64,000 nucleotides of DNA from Pseudomonadota bacterium (GCA_021798795.1 JAJZBR010000001.1:3818-67817); one strand, 5' to 3'; positions 19,955 to 30,018 are shown, counted from the first letter of the stretch. Program-made: numbers and translations. Notes: a model not told the origin generated them from the letters alone.

Positions 19955-20460
19955 GCGCGATCGGATCCCTTAGAGCTTCCTACAAGCGATTGCCCGCCCG
20001 GGAACAGCGATGGCTCCTCGCGGGGAGTGGGGCCCTGATCCTGTTTCTCACCTACACACTCATCGTGGCACCGGCAGTCAACGACATCCGGCGTGCATCC
20101 GCCGAGATCCGCCATGAGCGGAAGCTTGACCTCTGGATCAAGCGGGAAACCCCCATCCTCATGGCACATCGCGCACCATCCCATCAGAGCGCATCCCCAC
20201 AAATGATTGATCGAGCACTCCGCACACTTGCCCACACCCTTCCTGCCCCGAGGGGGCGGATCCATCTCCGCGAGACCCATCCGGGTGCCTGGACACTCAA
20301 GATCGATGGCGCACCTTACGCACCCGTCTTGTCGATACTCTTGCCATTCATCGCGGACCATCACCTGTCGATCCGCCGCCTGGTCGTACACCGCAGCGCA
20401 CACAAACCCGCAACCGTGAACATCGATCTTGGGCTTCGTAGCCATGCGCAAACAAGCTAG
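19951..20460 (+). CDS. gspM: Type II secretion protein GspM
   Basis: About 170 aa bitopic protein. Overlaps the gspL stop. N-terminal TM helix (LLAGSGALILFLTYTLIVAP). Confidence 0.7.
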   Translation: MSAIGSLRASYKRLPAREQRWLLAGSGALILFLTYTLIVAPAVNDIRRASAEIRHERKLDLWIKRETPILMAHRAPSHQSASPQMIDRALRTLAHTLPAPRGRIHLRETHPGAWTLKIDGAPYAPVLSILLPFIADHHLSIRRLVVHRSAHKPATVNIDLGLRSHAQTS

Positions 20461-21241
20461 ACGGGCGACCATACTCGCCACAGTCGGACTCGCGAGCTAT
20501 CTCGTCATGCTGCTGGCCAACTTTCCCGCAGCACTGGCCTGGTCATTCGTGTTTCCGAACCCCGCACCCATCACGGTTCAGGCCATCCACGGCACCATCT
20601 GGGCGGGTCGTCTGGATGCGGTGTCGTACAGAAGTCTGCACCTGAACCGGCTTGCCTGGACACTCCAAGGGTGGGATCTCCTGATCGGCCGACTCGCCCT
20701 CACGATCCGCATCCAAAGTCCGATCGGAACCGGATCAGGAATCGTAAGCATCTTGGGATCCCATCACCTGAGTCTCAGCCAGGCGCACGCGACGCTCCCA
20801 CTGGATCAGCTGACACGGGATATGGCCATCGGGCAGTTCACCCCGAGCGGCACCCTGCATCTCCACCTCAAACGACTGGTTGTGGATGGACCCGCATTCG
20901 AAGTGATCCAAGGGACCGCCCAAGCCTCGAAGATCACGATCCACTCCGGAGTTCCGATGACGCTTGCCGATTTGCGGTTGACCGCCCACTCCGCCGGACG
21001 GGGGGCCAGTGTCATCGCGTTCCAAACCGGGCCCGGCGGCTCACTCCGCATCAAGGGCCGCATCCTGCTCGGCCCGGGTCGCTCCTGGCGTCTTGATGCC
21101 CGCTTCAAACCCACCCCTCGTGCGAAGGTCTCCCTTTTAAGACTTCTCGCGGGATACGGCTCCCCGGGACCACATGGTTTTTATGCCCTGCACCTGAATG
21201 GCATCCTGCCTGCCCTGTCTCGGATCAGCCCATACCTTTAA
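20429..21241 (+). CDS. gspN: Type II secretion protein GspN (putative)
   Basis: About 265 aa with an N-terminal TM helix, immediately after gspM. The GspN assignment rests on position and size. Start may be 20429 or 20444. Confidence 0.55.
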   Translation: MGFVAMRKQARRATILATVGLASYLVMLLANFPAALAWSFVFPNPAPITVQAIHGTIWAGRLDAVSYRSLHLNRLAWTLQGWDLLIGRLALTIRIQSPIGTGSGIVSILGSHHLSLSQAHATLPLDQLTRDMAIGQFTPSGTLHLHLKRLVVDGPAFEVIQGTAQASKITIHSGVPMTLADLRLTAHSAGRGASVIAFQTGPGGSLRIKGRILLGPGRSWRLDARFKPTPRAKVSLLRLLAGYGSPGPHGFYALHLNGILPALSRISPYL

Positions 21242-21259
21242 GTTCCGGAAGCACGCACC

Positions 21260-22552
21260 ATGACCCGACCGAGCCCTCTCCCTTCCCTGAAGCAACTTGA
21301 TCTTGCGGTTATCGGACTGGGTTATGTCGGTCTTCCGCTGGCGGTAGCCTTCAGCCGGCACTTCAACGTGCTCGGGTTCGACCTCAGCCCCAAGCGCGTC
21401 CACGAACTCGAAACGGGTGTTGATCGACGCCGCGAAGTCGAACCCTCATCCCTGAACTCCGCAGGATCCCTCCGCTTCAGTACCGATCCGGATGCGCTCG
21501 CCGGAAAAGATGTATTCATCGTCGCCGTCCCCACCCCGATCGACGAGATCAAGCGCCCGGATCTCGAGGCCCTGAAAGCAGCCTGTCGACTGATCGGGAA
21601 ACGGCTCGCATCCGGCAACTGCGTCATCTTCGAGTCGACGGTCTACCCCGGGGCAACGGAAGAGATTGCGATCCCGATCCTTGAGGAGGTCTCCGGGCTG
21701 CGTCTCAACCGGGATTTCCATGTGGGCTACAGCCCGGAGCGGGTCAACCCGGGTGACAGTGACCATCCGCTCACCGATATCGTCAAAATCACCTCGGCCT
21801 CCTCTCCAGAGGCACACGAGTTTGTGGACGCCCTCTACCGCCTGATCATTCGGGCCGGCACCTACCGGGCCGAGAGCATACGGGTCGCCGAGGCCGCCAA
21901 AGCGATCGAAAACAGCCAGCGGGATCTCAATATCGCGTTCATGAACGAGCTCGCACTCATCTTCGATCGTCTCGGCCTCGATACCGACTCCGTGCTGAAG
22001 GCCGCAGGCACGAAATGGAACTTTCTGCCATTCAAACCGGGACTTGTGGGCGGACACTGCATCGGCGTCGATCCCTATTACCTAACCTACAAGGCACAGC
22101 AGGTGGGGTACGAGCCGGAAGTGATTCTCGCGGGCCGCAGGATCAATGATCTCATGGGACGATCCATCGCCCAGCGGATTGTCAAGCTCATGATCCGAAA
22201 GCAGATCGGGATTCCGGGTGCCCGCGTGCTCATCCAGGGGTTTACCTTCAAGGAAAACTGCGCGGACATCCGCAACACGCGTGTGGCCGATCTCGTCGCC
22301 GAACTCGTGAGTTACGGACTCGAAGTCGACATCACGGATCCCTGGGCCCATGCGGACGAGATGGCGGAACACTACGGCCTTCGGACGGTCACACCACAAC
22401 CGGCGAGCTATGACGCCCTGATCCTCGCGGTGGCGCACCGTGAATTCCGGGATCAGGACGCATTCGCGCTCAACCGGCTGCTCAAAACCCCGCACGTGAT
22501 CTTCGACGTGAAATCCGTCCTGCCTCGTCAATGTGTCGACGCGCGGCTCTGA
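21260..22552 (+). CDS. UDP-N-acetyl-D-glucosamine/galactosamine 6-dehydrogenase (TviB/WbpO/WbpA nucleotide-sugar dehydrogenase family)
   Basis: N-terminal Rossmann fold AVIGLGYVGLPLAV. Blocks GTYRAESIRVAEAAKAIENSQRDLNIA and GLVGGHCIGVDPYYL. The catalytic Cys is in context. Confidence 0.85.
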   Translation: MTRPSPLPSLKQLDLAVIGLGYVGLPLAVAFSRHFNVLGFDLSPKRVHELETGVDRRREVEPSSLNSAGSLRFSTDPDALAGKDVFIVAVPTPIDEIKRPDLEALKAACRLIGKRLASGNCVIFESTVYPGATEEIAIPILEEVSGLRLNRDFHVGYSPERVNPGDSDHPLTDIVKITSASSPEAHEFVDALYRLIIRAGTYRAESIRVAEAAKAIENSQRDLNIAFMNELALIFDRLGLDTDSVLKAAGTKWNFLPFKPGLVGGHCIGVDPYYLTYKAQQVGYEPEVILAGRRINDLMGRSIAQRIVKLMIRKQIGIPGARVLIQGFTFKENCADIRNTRVADLVAELVSYGLEVDITDPWAHADEMAEHYGLRTVTPQPASYDALILAVAHREFRDQDAFALNRLLKTPHVIFDVKSVLPRQCVDARL

Positions 22553-22602
22553 GCCGACTCCACCCCTTTCGCACGGCATCCCGCAGTCCGGTTGCCTGTC
22601 CC

Positions 22603-23418
22603 TCACGCCGGGGAGTGGGAACCTAGGGACACCTGGCTCGAACCCGCCCGGGTCATCCCCGCAGCAACCATCCAGTCTTCCACTTTTCCCACATCAGCAT
22701 AGGTATCCACGGATGGGCCCGGCAGACCGCGTCCGACTTCGACTGCAATGTCGATCCCGATCCAGAGCGCCCGAAGCTGCTCGAGTCGCTCGATTTCCTC
22801 AAGTTCACAGGGCGGTTCCATGGCCAGGCGCTTGATCGCGGACACCCGGTAGGCATAAAGTCCGATGTGGCGCAGAGCTCCGCGAATCCGGCTCCAGCCG
22901 CCCGCCTCCGCCGTCTCTGCATCCCTTGGCCATGGAATCGGAGCGCGACTGAAGTACAGTGCCCGGCCCCGGCAATCCACGACCACCTTGACGACATTCG
23001 GATTCTCGAAATCCTCGCGCGTATGGAGAGGCACCCCGAGGGTTGCCATGGTGAACGCCGTGCGTTGCTCGAGCAGGGTGGCACACTGTCTGACAAGGGC
23101 GGGGGGCATGAGCGGTTCGTCCCCCTGCAGATTCACAACCACCTCGTCATCTCCCCAGTGCAACTGTTCCACCACCTCCCCGATCCGATCCGTCCCGCTC
23201 GCGTGATCAGCGGAGGTGAGACACCCCACTCCGCCTGCCTGGACGGCGAGCTCGAGCACCTTCTCGGATTCGCTTGCCACAACCACCGTATCAGCGCCGC
23301 TGATACGCGCAACGTCAATCACGTAAGCGAGCATCGGTCGGCCCCGGATGGGATGGAGCACCTTGCCGGGCAGGCGGGTCGAGCCCCAACGGGCGGGAAT
23401 GACGACCTTATATCCCAT
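22603..23418 (-). CDS. kdsB: 3-deoxy-manno-octulosonate cytidylyltransferase (CMP-Kdo synthetase)
   Basis: MGYKVVIPARWGSTRLPGK...NLQGDEP are KdsB motifs. Synteny lpxK-ycaR-kdsB. Confidence 0.9.
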   Translation of the reverse strand: MGYKVVIPARWGSTRLPGKVLHPIRGRPMLAYVIDVARISGADTVVVASESEKVLELAVQAGGVGCLTSADHASGTDRIGEVVEQLHWGDDEVVVNLQGDEPLMPPALVRQCATLLEQRTAFTMATLGVPLHTREDFENPNVVKVVVDCRGRALYFSRAPIPWPRDAETAEAGGWSRIRGALRHIGLYAYRVSAIKRLAMEPPCELEEIERLEQLRALWIGIDIAVEVGRGLPGPSVDTYADVGKVEDWMVAAGMTRAGSSQVSLGSHSPA

Positions 23419-23484
23419 CGGCCCATCCGCCTGAAAAATCTGTCGGCATTTCCCGATCGCGCAATGCCGTCCTCCTGTCTTGGG

Positions 23485-23658
23485 TCAGCCGGATTCGAGC
23501 GGACGCGCTTCGTCGACGAGCAAAACCGGAATTCCCTCGCGAATCGGGAAGAAAAGCCGATCCTGAAGACAGACAAAGCCGCCGGGTGTCTCCTGGTATT
23601 CGAGTTTCCCGAGACAGTTCGGACAGACAATCATATCGAGAAGAGCCGAATCGATCAT
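23485..23658 (-). CDS. ycaR: Trm112/YcaR-like small protein (UPF0434), 57 aa. Absent from the ORF track (below the 60 aa cutoff)
   Basis: Manual translation of the minus strand gives MIDSALLDMIVCPNCLGKLEYQETPGGFVCLQDRLFFPIREGIPVLLVDEARPLESG*. It has CPxC...zinc-ribbon-like Trm112 architecture. It sits exactly between lpxK and kdsB, as in E. coli and Pseudomonas. Confidence 0.6.
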   Translation of the reverse strand: MIDSALLDMIVCPNCLGKLEYQETPGGFVCLQDRLFFPIREGIPVLLVDEARPLESG

Positions 23659-23664
23659 GAGCCT

Positions 23665-24684
23665 CTATCCTTCCTGTACCAGACGGATCAACGTATCCAC
23701 CAAATGATCCTCCTCCGCGTCTTGCGGCACCGCATCGACCGGGACATACCAGACCTGTTCCGCTCCGGCTTTCGGAGGATATTTTACGGCATCTTTCTCC
23801 GTCATCAAAACCGGTGATTCATTCGCCCACCTTTGGATCTGCGCCCAAGGCAGCGGCTCGTGATCACCGAGCGGATGGCGCTCGACCAAAAGTCCCTCTT
23901 GGGTCAGGAAATCGAAAAAGGATTCCGGACGGCTGATCCCGGCCAGGGCATGCACGTGCTGTCCGGCGAAAGCCCGGATCGGCTTATGCCGAAGACCGTC
24001 AAGACGCAAGGCATCCTGCGGGACCAATCGGAAACGGATACCCGGGATCTCCCATCGTACGGGCTGCTTCACAAAGACAGCATCCACCCGTCCGAGTTGG
24101 CGCACCGAATCCCGTAGCGGTCCAGCCGGCAAGGGCCAGCCGTTACCCCATCCCCGCTCGCCGTCGACCACAACCCATTCCACGTCGCGGACCAATCGCG
24201 GATGCTGCAAACCGTCATCGGAAACAATGAAGTCGATCGGACGGTTGCGGCACAGCCATTGTGCGGCCAAGGGACGCTGGCGTGCAATTACGACCGGGAC
24301 GCCGGTGCGCCGGGCGATCATGACGGGTTCGTCGCCGTAATCCTGAGCCGGGCCTTCCACCGGCACCTCAACCGGGCCTTTCCTGCGGCCGCCATAGCCA
24401 CGGCTCACGACCCCCACCCTCACGCCGCGAGCGACAAGGGCGCGCACGATCCAGATGACGAGCGGGGTCTTGCCCGTACCACCGACTGTGATGTTCCCGA
24501 TCACGAGTGTCGGCACCGGTGGCCGGTACAAGGCGAGGATTCCCGCTCCGCTCAGGACTTGCCTCAGACCCGACATGAAAAGATACAACCCAACGCAAGG
24601 CACAAAGGGATAGAGGATGGGATCCAGGCGCGGCGCGTACGCGCGTTCAAGCCACACTCGCTCGAGGAATCGCCGCATCTTCAA
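23665..24684 (-). CDS. lpxK: Tetraacyldisaccharide 4'-kinase
   Basis: GNITVGGTGKTP P-loop. About 339 aa. Synteny. Confidence 0.9.
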   Translation of the reverse strand: MKMRRFLERVWLERAYAPRLDPILYPFVPCVGLYLFMSGLRQVLSGAGILALYRPPVPTLVIGNITVGGTGKTPLVIWIVRALVARGVRVGVVSRGYGGRRKGPVEVPVEGPAQDYGDEPVMIARRTGVPVVIARQRPLAAQWLCRNRPIDFIVSDDGLQHPRLVRDVEWVVVDGERGWGNGWPLPAGPLRDSVRQLGRVDAVFVKQPVRWEIPGIRFRLVPQDALRLDGLRHKPIRAFAGQHVHALAGISRPESFFDFLTQEGLLVERHPLGDHEPLPWAQIQRWANESPVLMTEKDAVKYPPKAGAEQVWYVPVDAVPQDAEEDHLVDTLIRLVQEG

Positions 24685-26465
24685 AGAACGAGTTCTCCCG
24701 AATCTCGCCGGTTTTCAGCCTGACTCTGATGCAGTAGGGCATAAAGGCCCGATCGCGCAATCAGTTCGCCATGCGTTCCCTCGTCCACAATCCGGCCGGC
24801 ATCGAGCACCAGTATCCGGTTCGCTCGTTCGATAGTTGAAAGCCGGTGCGCAATCACAAGGGTGGTTCGCCCCTGGGATACCTTCCGGATGGCCGCCTGA
24901 ACCTTCCGTTCCGCCACCGCATCGAGCGCCGAAGTGGCTTCGTCAAGAATCAGGATGGGGGCTCGGCGCAGGAGCGCACGCGCGATCATCACCCGTTGCC
25001 GCTGACCGCCCGAGAGGAGCAATCCCCGTTCGCCGACCGGTGTATGGAACCCTTCCGGCATTTTCCGTATTTCATCCAGTAGCGATGCTTCCGCTGCCGC
25101 CTCCTCGAGCTCAGACGGGCTCACGGGTCCCTCGCAGCCGTAGCACATGTTGTCGGCGAGCGATCCGTAAAACAGGATGCCATCCTGGCTCACGAGCGTG
25201 ATCTGACGGCGGAGGTCGCTCAATCGCCACTCCCGGCTGTCACGACCGTCGAGGCGGATGACTCCCGAAACCGGTTCATACAGGCGAACCAGCAGTTCGG
25301 TGAGCGTCGTCTTCCCGCTGCCCGAACGACCGACGACCGCGATCGTCTCCCCCGGGTGAATCTCGAAGTTGATGCTCTCGAGTACCGGCGGCTGGCTGGG
25401 ACCATACCCAAACGACACGTTCTCCATCGCCAGCGCACCTTTTGCCTGTGGAAGGGGCACCCCGGATGAGAGATCCTCAACCGGCGAATCCAGAATCTCG
25501 AATACGGGCATGACACCCGCCACACCCCTCTGGATCGGCACATTCACATTGGTGAGATGTTTGAGCGGAGCGAGTAGCAAGAGCAATGCGCTCAGAAACG
25601 AGATGAAAGTCCCGACCGAGACGATATGAAGCACCGGCGCAAGGAGCGCGGCATAGACTACGAGGGCGATGCCGAACCCGGCCACAAACTGGATCAGCGG
25701 ACCGGAAGCGGCCAGGTTGAGGGCCAGCTTGAGATTCCAGTCGCGGTTGTGGGTGTTGACCGCTTCGAAGCGCCCCCGAATCCAGTCTGCACCGTTATAG
25801 CTTTTGATGACCGCCTGCCCGGAGACGGCCTCTTCCGCGATCCGAGTGACTTCACCCATCGTCTCCTGAATGCGGCTGCTGACCCGGCGGAATCGGCGGC
25901 TTAAGGTGCGAACCAGAAGCAGGATCAAAGGCGCCACCACGACCAGAAAAAGGCAAAGACCGGGGGCCAGATAGAGCATCCAGCCAATCAATCCCAAGAC
26001 GGTGAGGCTGTCTCGGATCAGAACGGTGAGTGCATAGGTGATGCCTTCAGCGACTTGCTCAATGTTGTAGGTCAGCATCGAAACCAGCGTGCCGCCCGGC
26101 AGCTGGTCGTATCGTTCGGCAGGCCACTGGGCCAGGCGGGCGAACAGTTCGGAACGGATTTTTTGAATGACGCGCCGGCCCACCCAGGCCATGCCGTAGG
26201 TCGCCCAGAACCCAGCCAACCCCCGGATCAGAAAGATGCCCACGATAATGAGCGGGATCCAGTCGAGATAGGGAACCGGCTCATGGGCAAAGCTGCCGTT
26301 CAACAAGGGTCTGATGAGCGCGGCGAATGCCGGCTGACTCAACGCATAGACCAGCATGGCGACTGCCGAGGCGGCGAACATACCCCAGTACGGACGGATA
26401 TAACGCAGCAGGCGGAAATAGGTCGACCGTGCGTTCCGGTCCATGTTGAAAAATGCGATCGTCAT
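24681..26465 (-). CDS. msbA: Lipid A export ABC transporter MsbA (fused permease-ATPase)
   Basis: Six TM helices plus an ABC domain (GRSGSGKTT, LSGGQRQR, ILILDEATSALD). The 739-aa track ORF has a spurious N-terminal extension. Start placed at MTIAFFNMD.., just downstream of the exbD stop. Confidence 0.85.
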   Translation of the reverse strand: MTIAFFNMDRNARSTYFRLLRYIRPYWGMFAASAVAMLVYALSQPAFAALIRPLLNGSFAHEPVPYLDWIPLIIVGIFLIRGLAGFWATYGMAWVGRRVIQKIRSELFARLAQWPAERYDQLPGGTLVSMLTYNIEQVAEGITYALTVLIRDSLTVLGLIGWMLYLAPGLCLFLVVVAPLILLLVRTLSRRFRRVSSRIQETMGEVTRIAEEAVSGQAVIKSYNGADWIRGRFEAVNTHNRDWNLKLALNLAASGPLIQFVAGFGIALVVYAALLAPVLHIVSVGTFISFLSALLLLLAPLKHLTNVNVPIQRGVAGVMPVFEILDSPVEDLSSGVPLPQAKGALAMENVSFGYGPSQPPVLESINFEIHPGETIAVVGRSGSGKTTLTELLVRLYEPVSGVIRLDGRDSREWRLSDLRRQITLVSQDGILFYGSLADNMCYGCEGPVSPSELEEAAAEASLLDEIRKMPEGFHTPVGERGLLLSGGQRQRVMIARALLRRAPILILDEATSALDAVAERKVQAAIRKVSQGRTTLVIAHRLSTIERANRILVLDAGRIVDEGTHGELIARSGLYALLHQSQAENRRDSGELVL

Positions 26466-26887
26466 TTCGGCGGAGCGCGCGTCGTCTGGATCGTCACAAG
26501 ATTGACTTTGTGGAACCCAAGCTGGCCCGTCACGCCAAGTGCCGTCACCACCGCCTGGTAAGGTACACGGGCGTCGGCGCGGATGGTCACGACGAGATCC
26601 CGGCGTCGCGCGGCAAACCGCCGAAGTGCGCGCGCCAGAGCCTCTGGACTGGTTCGTGTGAGCGCCTCCTGATCGACGTAATAACGTCCCTGCCGGTCGA
26701 TGGTGATCACAAGACCGGATCGCATGACCGTTGCCCGGGCAGACGCTTTGGGCAGATCGACCCTGAGATGGGCACTTTGGATGAACGTCGTGGACAGCAT
26801 GAAAAAGACCAGGAGCATGAGGAGTACGTCGATGAAGGAGACGACATTGAGTTCGGGCATTTCCGGTTCCGCACGCCGGAATTTCAT
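26462..26887 (-). CDS. exbD: ExbD/TolR biopolymer transport protein
   Basis: 141 aa with an N-terminal TM helix (..NVVSFIDVLLMLLVFFML..) and an ExbD periplasmic domain. Confidence 0.85.
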   Translation of the reverse strand: MKFRRAEPEMPELNVVSFIDVLLMLLVFFMLSTTFIQSAHLRVDLPKASARATVMRSGLVITIDRQGRYYVDQEALTRTSPEALARALRRFAARRRDLVVTIRADARVPYQAVVTALGVTGQLGFHKVNLVTIQTTRAPPK

Positions 26888-27513
26888 GCCTCACCCGCAC
26901 CCGGTTTGCGCATGCGACCTCTCAGCGAATCCACGAAACGCAAAGCGGATTGTTCCATGGCCAGGACAAGCCCGTCGGCTCGCCCGCGAAGCAGCCGGTA
27001 GGCGACGAGCGAGGGGATCGCGACGGTGAGGCCCGCAGCGGTCGTGATGAGCGCCTGCGCGACTCCGCCCGCAAGCAGTCGCGGATCACCGGCTCCGTGG
27101 GATTCGATCGAGGCAAAGGCACGCATGATCCCGATCACGGTTCCGAGAAGCCCGAGCAGCGGGGAGATGCCGGCTATCGTGCCAAGCGTGTTGAGGTACC
27201 GGTACAGCTCATGGGTCGCCTCCCGACCGGCGTCTTCCATCCGTTCCTTGATTTCCGCAAGATCCTCTCCCCAATGCACCAGGGCGACCACGAGGATCCG
27301 GCCGAGTGGCGAACCTTCCCGAACGGTATCCAGCCGCTCTTCGGTGAGTTCGTCGTTTTTGATCCAGAGCCAGATCTGCGCGAGCAGGTGCTGGGGAATC
27401 ACCCGGTTCCGCTTGAGGCTCCATAACCGTTCCAGCGTGATCGCGGCAGCCACGATGGAGCAGAAGATCAACGGAAGCATGATCCAGCCACCGGATTCGA
27501 TGACCGCTAACAT
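26884..27513 (-). CDS. exbB: ExbB/TolQ/MotA-family proton channel
   Basis: Three TM helices and an ExbB family signature (..LGTIAGISPLLGLLGTVIGIMRAF..). The start is approximate. Confidence 0.8.
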   Translation of the reverse strand: MLAVIESGGWIMLPLIFCSIVAAAITLERLWSLKRNRVIPQHLLAQIWLWIKNDELTEERLDTVREGSPLGRILVVALVHWGEDLAEIKERMEDAGREATHELYRYLNTLGTIAGISPLLGLLGTVIGIMRAFASIESHGAGDPRLLAGGVAQALITTAAGLTVAIPSLVAYRLLRGRADGLVLAMEQSALRFVDSLRGRMRKPGAGEA

Positions 27514-27682
27514 GTGGAAACTCCCTGCCCTGCGTGCCAAGGGGGGAGCTGTCTCCTGCTTTTCACACCAAGCATCTCGATGTCACCTGTTCGAAACGAT
27601 AGCACGATAGGTGCATCCATGTGAGCACGTGGGGGGCCAGCGAAAGGGCTCGCCGACTCCCGGCCTCGCCTCCCCGGATCCC

Positions 27683-28369
27683 TCATCTGACAAGAACCAG
27701 TGTCCCTTCCCGGAGTCCGTAGCATCGGTGCATCCGGGCTGCCAGAGTTTCCTCGTGAGTCACGACGATCAGGGCCGTGCCATGGCTGGCATTCAGGTTG
27801 AGCAGAAGATCGTAGATCCCCTCTCCCGTACGGGGGTCAAGATTTCCGGTCGGCTCGTCTGCGAGAAGCAGGGATGGGTTCGTGACCAGTGCGCGGGCGA
27901 TGGCCACCCTCTGGCGTTCGCCGCCCGAAAGCTCGGACGGGCGATGCTCCAGCCGATCTTCGAGCCCAACCTCCCGGAGCATCTCACGAGCTGCCCGGTG
28001 CACCTTTTCAACCGGGTCCGCACGCCTCAAAAGGAGCGGAATGGCAACATTCTCGATAGCCGAAAACTCCTGCAGAAGATGATGCAGCTGATAAACAAAC
28101 CCCATGGTCTCGTTGCGCAGAAGGCTCCGTTCGCGTTCGTTCATCCGGACCGTATCACGTCCGCGTATCGAGACGGTTCCGCGATCCGGGCGATCCAGGC
28201 CACCCAGGAGATGAAGCAGCGTGCTTTTCCCTGACCCTGAGGCGCCGACAATCGCGATCCGTTCACCCGATCCAACCTGAAGGGAAATATCCCTGAGTAC
28301 CGTGAGCGTCGAGTTGGCTTCGCGGTAGCTTTTCCAAAGTGCATGCGCTTCGAGGACCCACTCACTCAT
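27683..28369 (-). CDS. lolD: Lipoprotein-releasing system ATP-binding protein LolD
   Basis: ABC ATPase ([35 protein letters not shown]). Adjacent to lolCE. Confidence 0.9.
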   Translation of the reverse strand: MSEWVLEAHALWKSYREANSTLTVLRDISLQVGSGERIAIVGASGSGKSTLLHLLGGLDRPDRGTVSIRGRDTVRMNERERSLLRNETMGFVYQLHHLLQEFSAIENVAIPLLLRRADPVEKVHRAAREMLREVGLEDRLEHRPSELSGGERQRVAIARALVTNPSLLLADEPTGNLDPRTGEGIYDLLLNLNASHGTALIVVTHEETLAARMHRCYGLREGTLVLVR

Positions 28370-29612
28370 GGCGCAAGGCCTCGATCGGCCGCACGCGTGA
28401 AGCACGCCAGGCCGGGTAGAGTGTCGAGAGGACCGTGAGCCCGAAGGCAATCAGCGTGATTTCGAGGATCTGCCGCCCTTCGAGCCTCGAAGGCAGCCGG
28501 TTGATGAAATAAACCTTGGTCGGGAAGAGATTGACATGAAAGATCTCGCGGATGAACTGCATCACCGGCTGGACGTTTTGCGCGAGCAGGATCCCGAGCC
28601 CCAGTCCGACAGCGGTTCCGAGGAGACCAATCAGCGCACCCTGCAGGATGAAGATCCTGACGATGGTTCCGGGCGATGCGCCCAGGGTCCGGAGGATGGC
28701 AATATCGGCCGCCTTTTCGTTGACCACCATGACCAGGGTCGAGATGATGTTGAACGCGGCGACGGCCACGATGAGGAGGAGGATGAGGAACATCACCCGT
28801 TTCTCGGTCGCGATGGCCTGGAACAGGCTCCGATTCTGACTGATCCAATCGCTCACGTAATCGTTGCCATGCAGGCGATTGACAAGCGTGCGCGCCACGC
28901 TGGGTGCCAGAAGCATATGATCCAGATGGAGCTCGAGCGCGCTCACATGCGTTCCGAGACCAAAGAGGCGCTGGGCCTTTTTGAGTCCGATAAAGGCGAG
29001 TCCGTTATCGAACGCATAGTCACCAGCGTCAAAAATCCCGCTCACCCGGAACCGCCTGACACGCGGCACGAGACCCGCGGGAGTGACCAACCCTTCTGGA
29101 ACCATGAGCACGACATGATTGCCAACCGTGACGCCGAGCGTGTAGGCGAGATCCCGCCCAAGCACGATATCCCAGTGGGGGCCCATGAGGGATACGAGAC
29201 GGCCCGCAATGAGTTTCTTCGTGAGGTCGAGCACGCGCGCTTCGGGCCCGGGTTCGATTCCCACGATGCGCGCACCGCTCAGGTTGCCATCTGATGCGAG
29301 CATCGCCTGCCCCGTGACGACTGGCGCCATGCCGGTTACACCGGGAATCCGGTGGGCTTGGTGGGCCACCCGCCTCCAATCGCTGAGGCTCCCGCCGAAG
29401 CCTGTAACCGTGACTTCAGCGGTCATGCCGACGATCCGCTTGCGGAGCTCGTGATCGAAGCCATTCATCACCGAAAGCACCGTGATCAGGGCGGCAACTC
29501 CGATCGCAATCCCAAGGATCGAAATCAGGGAGATGACTGAAATGAACCGGTTACGCCGCTGGACCCGCAGATAGCGCAGGGACACGAAGAGCGAAAAGGG
29601 ACGATACATCAA
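28362..29612 (-). CDS. lolE: Lipoprotein-releasing system permease LolC/LolE family
   Basis: 416-aa FtsX-like permease with a MacB-type periplasmic domain. Operon with lolD. Confidence 0.9.
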   Translation of the reverse strand: MMYRPFSLFVSLRYLRVQRRNRFISVISLISILGIAIGVAALITVLSVMNGFDHELRKRIVGMTAEVTVTGFGGSLSDWRRVAHQAHRIPGVTGMAPVVTGQAMLASDGNLSGARIVGIEPGPEARVLDLTKKLIAGRLVSLMGPHWDIVLGRDLAYTLGVTVGNHVVLMVPEGLVTPAGLVPRVRRFRVSGIFDAGDYAFDNGLAFIGLKKAQRLFGLGTHVSALELHLDHMLLAPSVARTLVNRLHGNDYVSDWISQNRSLFQAIATEKRVMFLILLLIVAVAAFNIISTLVMVVNEKAADIAILRTLGASPGTIVRIFILQGALIGLLGTAVGLGLGILLAQNVQPVMQFIREIFHVNLFPTKVYFINRLPSRLEGRQILEITLIAFGLTVLSTLYPAWRASRVRPIEALRHE

Positions 29613-29712
29613 TCGGAATCCGGGTCCAAAGGCTTGTCTTTCCTCTAAACTGATTTATGATGAAAGCAGGATTACGGGATCGCCGTTGGCGATCTTCCGG
29701 GAGGCATAGCGC

Positions 29713-30018
29713 ATGCGTATCATAACGGTTCTCGTATTTTTGGGCATGAGCGTGTTCCTTTGGACCACCGCCCAGCCCAGCCAGGCCCACAGTCTCATTT
29801 ACCCTCCGCGCGCAATGACGGCTGCCAACGTGCGGGGTCTTTGGGGCCCCCCCGTCTCCACTCGGGGGCCGATCGGCATCCGTCATTACCGCGAATGGGT
29901 CTATCCCCATTTCACCGTGGTTCTCGAACGCGGGCGTGTGATTCATACGATCGAAACCCATCCGCTCCATCTGCCCGTCCCGAATCGGATCCCAAGCCCT
30001 CTGCGTCCGGGAGGATGA
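29713..30018 (+). CDS. Hypothetical small secreted protein (101 aa)
   Basis: ORF with a plausible RBS (gggagg) and a signal peptide (MRIITVLVFLGMSVFLWTTAQPSQA). No recognisable family. Could be spurious. Confidence 0.3.
   Translation: MRIITVLVFLGMSVFLWTTAQPSQAHSLIYPPRAMTAANVRGLWGPPVSTRGPIGIRHYREWVYPHFTVVLERGRVIHTIETHPLHLPVPNRIPSPLRPGG

Noticed and set aside
26466-26900. N-terminal 145 aa of the 739-aa 'msbA' track ORF. Likewise the N-terminal 154 aa of the 460-aa fabD ORF (14757..15218), and the 34-aa extension on smc.
   Set aside because: The extensions overlap neighbouring genes in another frame (exbD, rhomboid). They also precede the first conserved residues of each family. Internal Met starts give canonical lengths.
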